Of a stretch of DNA of 49,386 nt, positions 19,857-29,174 are shown piece after piece. Under the pieces are notes generated by a model that was not told where the DNA came from, ran no database searches, and was given only the letters and a program-made list of their open reading frames with translations. The stretch comes from an uncultured Odoribacter sp. (lineage in GTDB: Bacteria > Bacteroidota > Bacteroidia > Bacteroidales > Marinifilaceae): positions 1 through 49,386 of the forward strand of contig CAZMAE010000159.1 in NCBI GenBank assembly GCA_964564205.1. The letters are read 5' to 3'. The position numbers and the translations under genes are program-made. Within the stretch, counting starts at the first letter, position 1. The number at the start of each line of letters is the position of its first letter.

Positions 19857-21107
19857 TCAAATCTTATGGATCACCAGTCCCGAACGCAACTTCGGTTCAA
19901 ACCAAGTAGTTTTCGGAGGCATAATGTTACCGGTATCAGCAATATTCAGCAATTGTTCCATAGAAACGGGATACAAAGCAAAGGCCACTTTCATTTCACC
20001 GCTATCCACGCGTTTTTTCAATTCGCCCAATCCGCGGATTCCTCCTACGAAATCGATCCGTTTAGAAGTCCTCAGATCCTGGATGTCCAGAATATCCGCC
20101 AATACATGTTTCGAGAGAATCGTCACATCCAGCACTCCGATCGGATCATTATCGTCATAAGAACCGGACTTAGCCGTCAAGCGATACCATTTACCTCCCA
20201 GATACATACTGAATTCATGCAGTTTTGCAGGATGATAAATTACACTTCCCATATCCTCCACTTCAAACCGCGCTTTCAGTTTTTCCAGTAACTGTTCTTC
20301 CGTCAAACCGTTCAGGTCTTTCACCACCCGGTTATAGTCGATAATTTTCAATTGATGATCCGGGAAATGTACAGCCATAAAGAAATTGTATTCTTCCTTT
20401 CCGGTGTGATTGGGATTTTTAGCCTTATATTCAGCTCCGATACGGGCAGCAGCAGCAGTACGATGATGTCCGTCGGCAACATAAGTATAAGGAACCTTCG
20501 TGGCAAACAATTCCTCCAGCCGCTTGTTCGTTTCCGGGGAATTGATCACCCAAAAATGATGTCCGAATCCGTCTTCAGCCACAAAATCGTAATCCGCTTT
20601 CTGTCCCTTCACGATATTCTCTACGATCTCGTCTATTTCCGGAACAGCACGGTAAGCAAAAAACACCGGCTCCAGGTTAGCATTTACATAACGGGTCAGC
20701 ACCATGCGGTCCTCTTCCTTATCCGGACGAGTGAGTTCATGCTTCTTGATAACACCATTCATATAATCTTCACAGGCGGCGCATCCCACGATTCCATACT
20801 GAGTACGTCCTTCCATCGTCTGAGCATAGATATAGAATTTCGGTTCAGCATCCTGCACCAGCCAGCCTTTTTCCTGAAACATTTTAAAATTTTCTACGCT
20901 CTTATTATACACCGCCTCGTCATGAATATCGGTCCCCTCCGGACAATCGATTTCAGCACGGGTTATGTGCAGCAAAGACTTCGGCTTTCCCTCAGCCATC
21001 CGGGCTGCTTCTTCCGAATTCATCACATCATACGGCAAACAAGCCAACTCTTCGCATACTTCCTGATTAGGAGTGCGCAAGCCTTTGAAAGGTTTTACTA
21101 TAGCCAT
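19857..21107 (-). CDS. DUF1015 family protein
   Basis: LPYDV, KKHELTR, ADGHHR, MPPKTTWFEPKLRSGL. ATG at 21107 (MAIVKPF). Confidence 0.9.
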   Translation of the reverse strand: MAIVKPFKGLRTPNQEVCEELACLPYDVMNSEEAARMAEGKPKSLLHITRAEIDCPEGTDIHDEAVYNKSVENFKMFQEKGWLVQDAEPKFYIYAQTMEGRTQYGIVGCAACEDYMNGVIKKHELTRPDKEEDRMVLTRYVNANLEPVFFAYRAVPEIDEIVENIVKGQKADYDFVAEDGFGHHFWVINSPETNKRLEELFATKVPYTYVADGHHRTAAAARIGAEYKAKNPNHTGKEEYNFFMAVHFPDHQLKIIDYNRVVKDLNGLTEEQLLEKLKARFEVEDMGSVIYHPAKLHEFSMYLGGKWYRLTAKSGSYDDNDPIGVLDVTILSKHVLADILDIQDLRTSKRIDFVGGIRGLGELKKRVDSGEMKVAFALYPVSMEQLLNIADTGNIMPPKTTWFEPKLRSGLVIHKI

Positions 21108-21123
21108 AAAATATCGATTAAAC

Positions 21124-21188
21124 GATGAACGATGAACGAAAACGATGGAAGAAGAATCCTCTTTCACCGCTACCGTTCATCGTTCATC
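21124..21188. repeat. 15-bp inverted repeat built from AACGATG heptamers
   Basis: GATGAACGATGAACG (21124-21138) / CGTTCATCGTTCATC (21174-21188). Confidence 0.85.
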
Positions 21189-21196
21189 CCCAATTA

Positions 21197-22117
21197 TTAT
21201 TTATTTACTTTGAATTTAGCATCTCCATGTTCCAGAAAAGCCACAATCTGACGGGCAGCGGCGAGACCGGCATTGATATTCGCCTCTTCAGTCTGAGCAC
21301 CCATTTTCTTAGGTGTAAAGAAATAACGGCCTTCAAATTGTGCGTACTCTGCAGCATTGTCCGGTGCGATATCCGAAATGTACTTCAGATCGGGACGATC
21401 GGCCATCAGCTTCAGCAATCCTTCCTCGTCAATCACTTCCTTGCGGGCAGTGTTGATCAGCACTCCGCCTTTGGGCATGCGGTTCACCAACTCGTAGTTG
21501 ATCGACTTTTTAGTCTGTTCAGTTGCCGGAATATGCAGAGATACATAATCGCACAATGCATACATCTCCTCAGCAGAGGACAGCGGAGTTGCTCCGGCAG
21601 CTTGGATTTTCTCACTCGTCATAAACGGATCGAAAGCATATACTTCCATACCGAATCCCCGTGCGATGCGGCCCACATTCTGTCCTACATTTCCGTAAGC
21701 ATGGATACCGATTTTTTTACCTTTCAACTCATGACCTGATTTTCCATTATAGAAATTCCGGGCAAGGGACACCGCCATACCAAAAACCAATTCAGCCACA
21801 GCATTGGAATTCTGACCGGGAGTGTTCATAGCCACCACACCATGATCGGTACAAGCCTGCAAGTCAATATTGTCATATCCGGCACCAGCCCGTACAATCA
21901 CTTTCAGATTTTTCGCAGCATCGATCACTTCTCTTGTTGCTTTATCGGAACGGATGATCATCGCATCCACATCGGCAACAGCAGCAATCAACTCTTCGGG
22001 TGAAGTATATTTTTCCAATAATACCAATTCATAGCCCTGTGCTTCAATAATTTCACGGATACCCTGAACAGCCACAGCAGCAAAAGGCTTATCGGTAGCA
22101 ATTAAAACCTTTGTCAT
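21197..22117 (-). CDS. serA: D-3-phosphoglycerate dehydrogenase, short form without ACT domain
   Basis: RAGAGYDNID, NTPGQNSNAVAEL, INTAR, and Lys-type TPKKMGAQT. Located directly downstream of serC. Confidence 0.85.
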   Translation of the reverse strand: MTKVLIATDKPFAAVAVQGIREIIEAQGYELVLLEKYTSPEELIAAVADVDAMIIRSDKATREVIDAAKNLKVIVRAGAGYDNIDLQACTDHGVVAMNTPGQNSNAVAELVFGMAVSLARNFYNGKSGHELKGKKIGIHAYGNVGQNVGRIARGFGMEVYAFDPFMTSEKIQAAGATPLSSAEEMYALCDYVSLHIPATEQTKKSINYELVNRMPKGGVLINTARKEVIDEEGLLKLMADRPDLKYISDIAPDNAAEYAQFEGRYFFTPKKMGAQTEEANINAGLAAARQIVAFLEHGDAKFKVNK

Positions 22118-22194
22118 AATAAAAAGATTTATGACGGACGATTCAGGAAAGACGAATACCGCCGGTTCCCCAATCGCCCATCTTCAATTAATAC

Positions 22195-23274
22195 TTATTT
22201 TTTATGTGCCTTTTCAAATTCCTGCATAGCAGCGATCAAAGCATTCACATCATCCATGGTGCAGGCATTATATGTAGAAGCCCGGAAACCACCAACCAGA
22301 CGGTGACCTTTCACTCCGACAATGTTCTTGGACTTGCAGAAATCCAAAAATTCTTTTTCCAGTTCTTCATAGCCTTCAGCCATAACAAAAGGAATATTCA
22401 TGCGGGAACGGGAACCTTCTTCCACAACACTGCGGAAAATGCTGTTCCGGTCGAATTCAGCATACAAAGCATCGCATCTTTCGATCGCTAATTTTTCCAT
22501 AGCTTCCACACCGCCCATTTTTTTAATCCACTTCAAAGTCTCACCTACAGCAAAAATGTTGATACAAGGAGGAGTATTGAACATAGATCCGTTTTCCACA
22601 TGAGTCTGATATTTCAGCATGGTCGGGATTTTCCGGTCTGCCACGACTTTGTCCAGATAATCATTACGAATGATAACAAAAGTAGCACCGGCAGGTCCGA
22701 GGTTCTTCTGGCAACCGCCATAAATCATCATATATTTAGAAACATCCACCGGACGGCTGCAAATATCCGATGACATATCGGCAATCAAAGGCACCGGACT
22801 GTCCAGATCTTCAAAAATTTCGGTTCCCCGGATCGTATTGTTAGAAGTAATATGCAGATAATCTACATCCGATGGAATTTTAAATCCTTTGGGATAATAA
22901 GTAAAATTACGGTCTTCTGAAGAAGCGATCACTTCTACTTCGCCCCACAGTTTAGCTTCTGCAATGGCTTTTTTAGACCATACTCCGGTATTTACATAAG
23001 CAGCTTTCTTTCCTAAGAAGTTATAAGGAATCATACAAAATTGCATGCTAGCCCCACCACCCAGGAAAATCACGGAATAATTGTCCGGAATATTCAGCAC
23101 TTCTTTGAACAAAGCCACAGTCTCGTCATATACAGCCTGGAAATCGGCAGAACGATGAGAGACTTCCAATATAGACTGTCCGCAATTTCCTAATTCGACA
23201 ATTGCCTTAGCAGTATTCTCTAAAGTCATATCGGACAGTTTGCACGGACCCGCATTAAAAATATGTTTTCTCAT
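22195..23274 (-). CDS. serC: Phosphoserine aminotransferase
   Basis: [22 protein letters not shown] (PLP Lys), [11 protein letters not shown]. Confidence 0.97.
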   Translation of the reverse strand: MRKHIFNAGPCKLSDMTLENTAKAIVELGNCGQSILEVSHRSADFQAVYDETVALFKEVLNIPDNYSVIFLGGGASMQFCMIPYNFLGKKAAYVNTGVWSKKAIAEAKLWGEVEVIASSEDRNFTYYPKGFKIPSDVDYLHITSNNTIRGTEIFEDLDSPVPLIADMSSDICSRPVDVSKYMMIYGGCQKNLGPAGATFVIIRNDYLDKVVADRKIPTMLKYQTHVENGSMFNTPPCINIFAVGETLKWIKKMGGVEAMEKLAIERCDALYAEFDRNSIFRSVVEEGSRSRMNIPFVMAEGYEELEKEFLDFCKSKNIVGVKGHRLVGGFRASTYNACTMDDVNALIAAMQEFEKAHKK

Positions 23275-23455
23275 TTTGTTATAAATTAGTTAAAGTTACT
23301 ATTTCTAATTGATTCAAACGTTACAAATATGCAACTTTTACTTCAGATATTACTTCTTTTTAAAAGAAATATTCTTCTTCAGCTCAATATTTAACATCTA
23401 CCCTATGTTATGTTACAACAGAAAACGGGAGATTTTCCTTTTCCGCCGGCAACAA

Positions 23456-24553
23456 TCAAAAGAAAGGTGTTTTTACAATTTTAGCTTTCAAGGCCTTATT
23501 TCTGACCCGGATATAAATCTCGGTATCTAATTTATGGAAACCGCTTTTAACATATCCGGTACCGATGGACTTTCCGGTCAAAGGAGAAACGGTACCCGAA
23601 CAAACCACACCGATTTCATTGCCTTCGGCATCTTCAATCGGATAACCTTGCCGGGCAATGCCACGGTCCATAATCTCAAAAGGTTTCAAGTAGCGGGACG
23701 GCTTATCAGCCTTAAGCTTCTCATGGTAATCACGCATAATGAAATCATTTCCCGGAACAAATTTAGTGATCCAACCCAAACCGGCCTCGATCGGAGAATG
23801 TTCATCATCCAGTTCATGCCCATAGAGACAGAATCCGGCTTCCAGACGGAGCGTATCGCGGGCCCCCAAACCAATCGGCCGAATCCCGAATTCCTCTCCG
23901 GCTTCAAACACTGCATTCCAAAGCTTTTCAGCATCTTCATTGTAAGCATATACTTCGCAGCCACCCGCACCGGTATAACCGGTAGTTGAAAAGATCACTT
24001 TACCGATACCGGCAAAAGGTATTTCTTTGAAAGTATAATACTCCATATCGATTACATTCTCTTCCGTCAACTTCTGCATAGCCTTCAGAGCCAAAGGTCC
24101 CTGGATGGCCAGCTGACAGATCCGGTCCGAAGCATTCTCTAGGTCGCCGGGCTGCATACCCAGTTCTTCTGCATGCTTAACCACCCAATTCCAGTCTTTT
24201 TCAATATTAGCGGCATTCACCACCAACAGATATTTCTCCGGACTGAAACGATAAACCAGCAAATCATCCACAACCCCCCCCTTATCGTTGGGGAAACAAC
24301 TATACTGAACCTTGCCGTCGACCAGCGCTGCAACGTCATTCGACGTCAGTTTTTGTACCAGCTCAAAAGCCTTCGGTCCTTTGATCCAGAATTCCCCCAT
24401 ATGGGAAACGTCAAAAACGCCCAACTTATTGCGGACGGTCAAATGTTCTTCCTTAATGCCGGTACTATATTCTATCGGCATATTATACCCTGCAAAGGGA
24501 GCCATACGCGCACCCAGCGCTTCATGAATGTGAGTAAACGGAGTTGTTTTCAT
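23456..24553 (-). CDS. gcvT: Glycine cleavage system aminomethyltransferase T
   Basis: [31 protein letters not shown] at 24553; TATCTTTG -7 element at 24618-24625 on the - strand. Confidence 0.96.
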   Translation of the reverse strand: MKTTPFTHIHEALGARMAPFAGYNMPIEYSTGIKEEHLTVRNKLGVFDVSHMGEFWIKGPKAFELVQKLTSNDVAALVDGKVQYSCFPNDKGGVVDDLLVYRFSPEKYLLVVNAANIEKDWNWVVKHAEELGMQPGDLENASDRICQLAIQGPLALKAMQKLTEENVIDMEYYTFKEIPFAGIGKVIFSTTGYTGAGGCEVYAYNEDAEKLWNAVFEAGEEFGIRPIGLGARDTLRLEAGFCLYGHELDDEHSPIEAGLGWITKFVPGNDFIMRDYHEKLKADKPSRYLKPFEIMDRGIARQGYPIEDAEGNEIGVVCSGTVSPLTGKSIGTGYVKSGFHKLDTEIYIRVRNKALKAKIVKTPFF

Positions 24554-24838
24554 ATCGATTGAATTAAAATTTATTACAGAATTTTCAAATCGCAAACGTT
24601 GGCAAATCCAAACCACACAAAGATACAATTTATATCTGTTTTTTTCTTTCCTTCCTTTTTTTTTATCTTCGTATAGTACTATTTTATTTCAAAAAACATT
24701 TGGTTATTTATACGAATTGTCATATTTTCGACAAATTGAAACACCGGCAAGAAACTTTAATTGCATTGCATTTTCTTTTACATGCCAAACAATATCTAAA
24801 CTAATACTTTAGAAACAACATAACCAAAAAACGAAGAA

Positions 24839-25186
24839 ATGATAATAAAACTGTTTTCTCTTAAAGGATGTATTATTGCTGAATTCACTGATCTGAAAAG
24901 ATTTACTCTAGCTGTAACCGAAGAAGTCAAAACAGAATTAAAACCTGTTCTATCGAACAAAGGGGCAAAACTCGTCTTCAATCTGCAGAATATTGAATTT
25001 ATCGACAGCAACGGTCTTGGTTGCATTATCTCATTGGTAAAAACAGCAAAAAATTGTCACTCAGAAATCAAACTATGCAATTTAAGTCCGGCAGTAACGG
25101 ATATCATGAATTTATTGCATTTATCTATGATCTTCGACATCGAGAAAGATGTAGAAAGTTGCATACGGAGTTTTGAAAAAAACTAA
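24839..25186 (+). CDS. STAS domain anti-sigma-factor antagonist (SpoIIAA/RsbV-like)
   Basis: NLQNIEFIDSNGLG motif; 115 aa. Confidence 0.87.
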   Translation: MIIKLFSLKGCIIAEFTDLKRFTLAVTEEVKTELKPVLSNKGAKLVFNLQNIEFIDSNGLGCIISLVKTAKNCHSEIKLCNLSPAVTDIMNLLHLSMIFDIEKDVESCIRSFEKN

Positions 25187-25240
25187 AAAGCCCTCCTTCG
25201 AAACATCAGTGCTTCCCTGACCAATATCAACATTTTTAAC

Positions 25241-25301
25241 TTAACCGGCGGGAAAAATCCCGGTTCCTGAGAATCACCAGAAATTTATTTCCGCCGGCTA
25301 A
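25241..25301. terminator. Imperfect hairpin between convergent STAS and OTC genes
   Basis: TTAaCCGGCGGgAAAAAT ... ATTTaTTTCCGCCGGcTAA. Confidence 0.55.
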
Positions 25302-25326
25302 CTTTATGGTTTTCGGAAAATTCCCG

Positions 25327-26328
25327 TCAATCTCCCAATGTAGCCACCATCACAGCCTTGATGGTATGCATCCGGTTTTCAGCTTCGTCAAAAACGATGG
25401 AAGCCGGAGATTCGAAAACATCCTCGGTCACTTCTACGCCGTCCAAGCCGAATTGCTTGTAAACATCCCGTCCGACCTGAGTTTCCAAATTATGATAAGC
25501 AGGCAGGCAGTGCATGAACTTACATTTTTTATTCCCTGTCAGCTCCATCACTTTGGCATTCACCTGATAAGGTTTCAGCAAGTTAATCCGTTCGGCCCAT
25601 ACTTCTGTCGGTTCGCCCATAGACACCCACACATCGGTATACAGGAAATCACATCCTTTGACTCCGGCTTCCACGTCATCCGTCACCGTCACCTTAGCTC
25701 CGGTTTCTTTGGCAATTTCCCGGCAGGTTGCAATCAAACCGGCATCCGGCTGCAATTTTTGGGGAGCGACAATCCGGACATCCATACCCATTTTGGCACC
25801 TCCCACCATCAATGAATTTCCCATGTTAAACCGGGCATCCCCCAAATAGGCGAAAGTCACCTCATGCAAAGGTTTATCCACATGCTCGGACATCGTCAGG
25901 AAATCGGCCAGAATCTGTGTCGGGTGGAACTCATTCGTCAAGCCATTCCACACGGGTACTCCGGCATATTTAGCCAATTCTTCCACGATATCCTGAGCAA
26001 AACCCCGGTATTCTATTCCATCGTACATTCTTCCCAACACCCGGGCAGTATCTTTCATCGATTCCTTTACTCCGATCTGCGAACCGGTAGGTCCCAGATA
26101 AGTCGTATGAGCCCCCTGGTCATGAGCTGCCACCTCAAAAGCACAACGGGTACGGGTGGAAGTCTTTTCAAAAATCAACGCAATATTCTTACCTTTCAGG
26201 CGAGGTTGTTCCGTCCCGGCATATTTGGCCTTTTTCAGCTCGGCAGCCAGATTCAGCAAATATTTAATTTCTTCGGGTGTAAAATCCAGTAATTTCAGGA
26301 AATTTCTGTTTCTTAGATTAAAAGCCAT
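25327..26328 (-). CDS. arcB: Ornithine carbamoyltransferase, probably catabolic (ArcB/ArgF)
   Basis: STRTR, HPTQ, DVWVSMG, HCLP; lies downstream of carbamate kinase. Confidence 0.93.
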   Translation of the reverse strand: MAFNLRNRNFLKLLDFTPEEIKYLLNLAAELKKAKYAGTEQPRLKGKNIALIFEKTSTRTRCAFEVAAHDQGAHTTYLGPTGSQIGVKESMKDTARVLGRMYDGIEYRGFAQDIVEELAKYAGVPVWNGLTNEFHPTQILADFLTMSEHVDKPLHEVTFAYLGDARFNMGNSLMVGGAKMGMDVRIVAPQKLQPDAGLIATCREIAKETGAKVTVTDDVEAGVKGCDFLYTDVWVSMGEPTEVWAERINLLKPYQVNAKVMELTGNKKCKFMHCLPAYHNLETQVGRDVYKQFGLDGVEVTEDVFESPASIVFDEAENRMHTIKAVMVATLGD

Positions 26329-26409
26329 AATGTTTAATTATTTTAAGTTGTAAACTCTGATACGACTCACTAGTGTCTTGACAAATGTATGTATAAATTT
26401 TAAAATTTT

Positions 26410-27369
26410 TCAATCATAGTGCATGGTTATTTTCGATCCGTAACGACGGTCTTCAAGTTTAGTCGCTTCCGTGATCACTGCTTTTTGTCCTCCTTTTTCC
26501 ACAAACGACAGACAGGCCCGGATTTTGGGAGCCATGCTTCCTTCGCCGAACATCCCCGCTTCAAGGTATTTCACCGTATCGGCATAATCGAGAAATTCCA
26601 ATTTCTCCTGGGTGGGTTTCCGGAAATCTTTATAAATATAAGGTACATCGGTCAGAATATACAATTCATCCGCTTTGATGCGGCTACCGATCATAGCGGA
26701 GGCCAAGTCTTTATCGATCACACCTTCGATGGGCTGCAACATGCCCTTGTTGTCGGTGTAGACGGGGATACCGCCGCCGCCGCCGGTAATCACAATACTG
26801 CCCTCCCTAGCCATTCTCTCCACCAGCGAAGCATTTTTAAAATCTATCGGAGCAGGTGAAGGCACCACCCTGCGCCATCCTCCTTCCACTTTAATCTCTT
26901 CTTTAAAAGTCCAGCCGTGTTCCTCCTCCAGCTTGACAGCCTCTTCCCGCGTATAAATCTTTCCCACCCGTTTAGTCGGATTTTTCAGCGCAGGATCATA
27001 CTGATCAACAACCACCTGCGAAATCATAGACACCACATGCCGGCACAACCCGTGTTCCCGCAAAATATTCCTCAGATTCCGTTCGATCATATATCCGATC
27101 TGTCCTTGAGAATAGGCCACACACATATCCAAAGTCATCGGCGGAAGCCCGTACATTTGCACTCCCGCATCATCGCTCATCAGAATATTGCCCACCTGCG
27201 GCCCGTTTCCATGCGTTATCACCAGATTATACCCGTCCCGGACCAAATAAATCAAATTTTCCAGGGTTTCCCGGATATTCTGATTTTGCTCCTCCACCGT
27301 TCCCTTTTGATTACCCCTCAGGATAGCATTACCTCCCAGCGCCACTACGGCTAATTTTTTTTCTTCCAT
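26410..27369 (-). CDS. arcC: Carbamate kinase
   Basis: ALGGNA, THGNGPQVG, RRVVPSP, GGGGIPV, GSMAPK. Confidence 0.96.
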   Translation of the reverse strand: MEEKKLAVVALGGNAILRGNQKGTVEEQNQNIRETLENLIYLVRDGYNLVITHGNGPQVGNILMSDDAGVQMYGLPPMTLDMCVAYSQGQIGYMIERNLRNILREHGLCRHVVSMISQVVVDQYDPALKNPTKRVGKIYTREEAVKLEEEHGWTFKEEIKVEGGWRRVVPSPAPIDFKNASLVERMAREGSIVITGGGGGIPVYTDNKGMLQPIEGVIDKDLASAMIGSRIKADELYILTDVPYIYKDFRKPTQEKLEFLDYADTVKYLEAGMFGEGSMAPKIRACLSFVEKGGQKAVITEATKLEDRRYGSKITMHYD

Positions 27370-27554
27370 TATTTCTCTTGCTTTTGATTACAATATTAGA
27401 GTTTTTTACCATCCTTCCTAAAAGTTTTTTCTTAAAACCAATCATTCTGTCACGGATAGTAATTTTCAGACCTCTACAAATTTAAAAAATAATATTGCGC
27501 AAAAAACAGTGGAACACCGATTTTTCACCCTCGCAAACATTTGATTATCAATAT

Positions 27555-27593
27555 TAGGTATAATTATTCCCTAAAAATTTATAATTATGCGGC
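27555..27593. promoter_or_regulatory. Putative tandem ARG boxes upstream of arcC
   Basis: Two 18-mers with TATAATTAT cores 21 bp apart (3-bp spacer). A TAAATTTG -7 element lies on the - strand at 27477-27484. Confidence 0.45.
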
Positions 27594-27680
27594 GCAAAAA
27601 TCAGGAAAAATGCTATCCGTCCATATCTTTCCCCGAAACTTTCATCATTTACTTCTTATTTTTGCTATCTTTGCAACACC

Positions 27681-27998
27681 ATGAAAGAGAAGGAAAAGGA
27701 TATCAGGCCACAAACATCGTTGTTCAGTAAGATCATGAACAAATACACGGTTGTATTGCTTATCTTTTTGGTATGGCTGGCTTTTTTCGACCGCAACAAT
27801 CTGGTCGGAAAGATGCAGCTCCGGGGAAAAATCTCCACCTTAAAGAAAGAAAAAGCTTATTACCTCGAAAAAATCGGGGAGGATAGACAGAATAAGAAAG
27901 AATTGCTGAGTAACAAAGACAATCTTGAAAAATTCGCCAGAGAACAATACCTGATGAAAAACAAGAATGAGGATGTCTTTGTGATTGTAAACGAATAG
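27681..27998 (+). CDS. FtsB/DivIC septum formation initiator family protein
   Basis: Single TM, coiled coil, LEKFAREQYLMK..EDVF. Confidence 0.88.
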   Translation: MKEKEKDIRPQTSLFSKIMNKYTVVLLIFLVWLAFFDRNNLVGKMQLRGKISTLKKEKAYYLEKIGEDRQNKKELLSNKDNLEKFAREQYLMKNKNEDVFVIVNE

Positions 27999-28003
27999 TT
28001 GAA

Positions 28004-28429
28004 GTGGGGAGAATACTGGCCATTGATTACGGGAAAAAAAGAGTCGGAATAGCAGTAAGTGATCCATGCAACATTATTGCAACAGGACTCAGGACCGTTT
28101 TATCTCACGAGATATTCCACTTTTTGCAGGATTACCTTTCCCGGGAGCAGGTGGATTTATTTGTAGTCGGCTATCCGAAACAAATGAACAACCAGGATTC
28201 CGAAAGCATGAAATACATCAAGCCTTTTCTGACGGCCTTAAAACGCAAATTTCCCGGCATTCCGGTAGTGATGTACGACGAAAGGTTCACCTCAGTGATT
28301 GCTCATAAAGCCTTGATAGAAGGCGGGGCACGCAAAAAAAAACGTCAGAACAAAGCCCTGATCGACACGATGAGCGCCACCATTATCCTGACTTCTTATC
28401 TGGAACAACAAAGAAAACCGAATTTGTAA
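28004..28429 (+). CDS. ruvX: YqgF/RuvX pre-16S rRNA nuclease
   Basis: ILAIDYGKKRVGIAVSD, DERFTS, ID..SA.IIL; GTG start. Confidence 0.94.
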   Translation: MGRILAIDYGKKRVGIAVSDPCNIIATGLRTVLSHEIFHFLQDYLSREQVDLFVVGYPKQMNNQDSESMKYIKPFLTALKRKFPGIPVVMYDERFTSVIAHKALIEGGARKKKRQNKALIDTMSATIILTSYLEQQRKPNL

Positions 28430-28450
28430 ACCATAAAATTGAATACAATT

Positions 28451-29005
28451 ATGTTTTTACCCATTGTTGTCTACGGACATCCCATATTACGAAAAACGTC
28501 GGAAGACATTTCCATGGATTATCCGGGACTGGACAAGTTTATCCGGGATATGTTCTACACCATGGACGAAGCGGACGGAGTCGGCTTGGCGGCACCTCAG
28601 GTGGGACGAAATATCCGGATTTTCACTGTCGACGGCAATGCTTTTGAAGATATGGACCCGGACTGTAAAGGCTTCCGGAAAGTATTCATCAACGCCCGCA
28701 TCACCGAACGCTGGGGCGAAGAAGTGAACCGTAACGAAGGATGTCTGAGTATCCCCGGTATACATGAAGACGTCAAACGCCTAGAACATATACGGATTGC
28801 TTACCTCAACGAAAAAGGCGAACCAACAGAAGAAGAATACTCCGGAGTCAAGGCCTGGATCATTCAGCACGAATACGATCACCTCGAAGGCATTCTTTTT
28901 ACCGATCACCTGTCGGCTCTGAAAAAAAGATTGTTAAAAAACAAACTCAACAACATCAGCCTGGGAAAATTCAAAGCGACTTACCGCGTCATTTTACCGA
29001 AATAA
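28451..29005 (+). CDS. def: Peptide deformylase
   Basis: GVGLAAPQ, EGCLS, QHEYDHL. Confidence 0.97.
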   Translation: MFLPIVVYGHPILRKTSEDISMDYPGLDKFIRDMFYTMDEADGVGLAAPQVGRNIRIFTVDGNAFEDMDPDCKGFRKVFINARITERWGEEVNRNEGCLSIPGIHEDVKRLEHIRIAYLNEKGEPTEEEYSGVKAWIIQHEYDHLEGILFTDHLSALKKRLLKNKLNNISLGKFKATYRVILPK

Positions 29006-29174
29006 ACACATAAAACCGATCTTTAATTGAGAATTTTTTCGTAATTTTCGAAAGAATTCTCAATTTTTCAAAGATGGTGTAAACTTCAATTTCAAATATC
29101 CTTTCGTATACCTCCTGCTTGCACTGACAGCAGGTATACTTTGTAACGGCCGGCTGTATCTGCCGTTATTTGTC

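Noticed and set aside
20352..21739. Long + strand ORFs (258 and 204 aa)
   Set aside because: Antisense shadows of DUF1015 and serA with no protein motifs.
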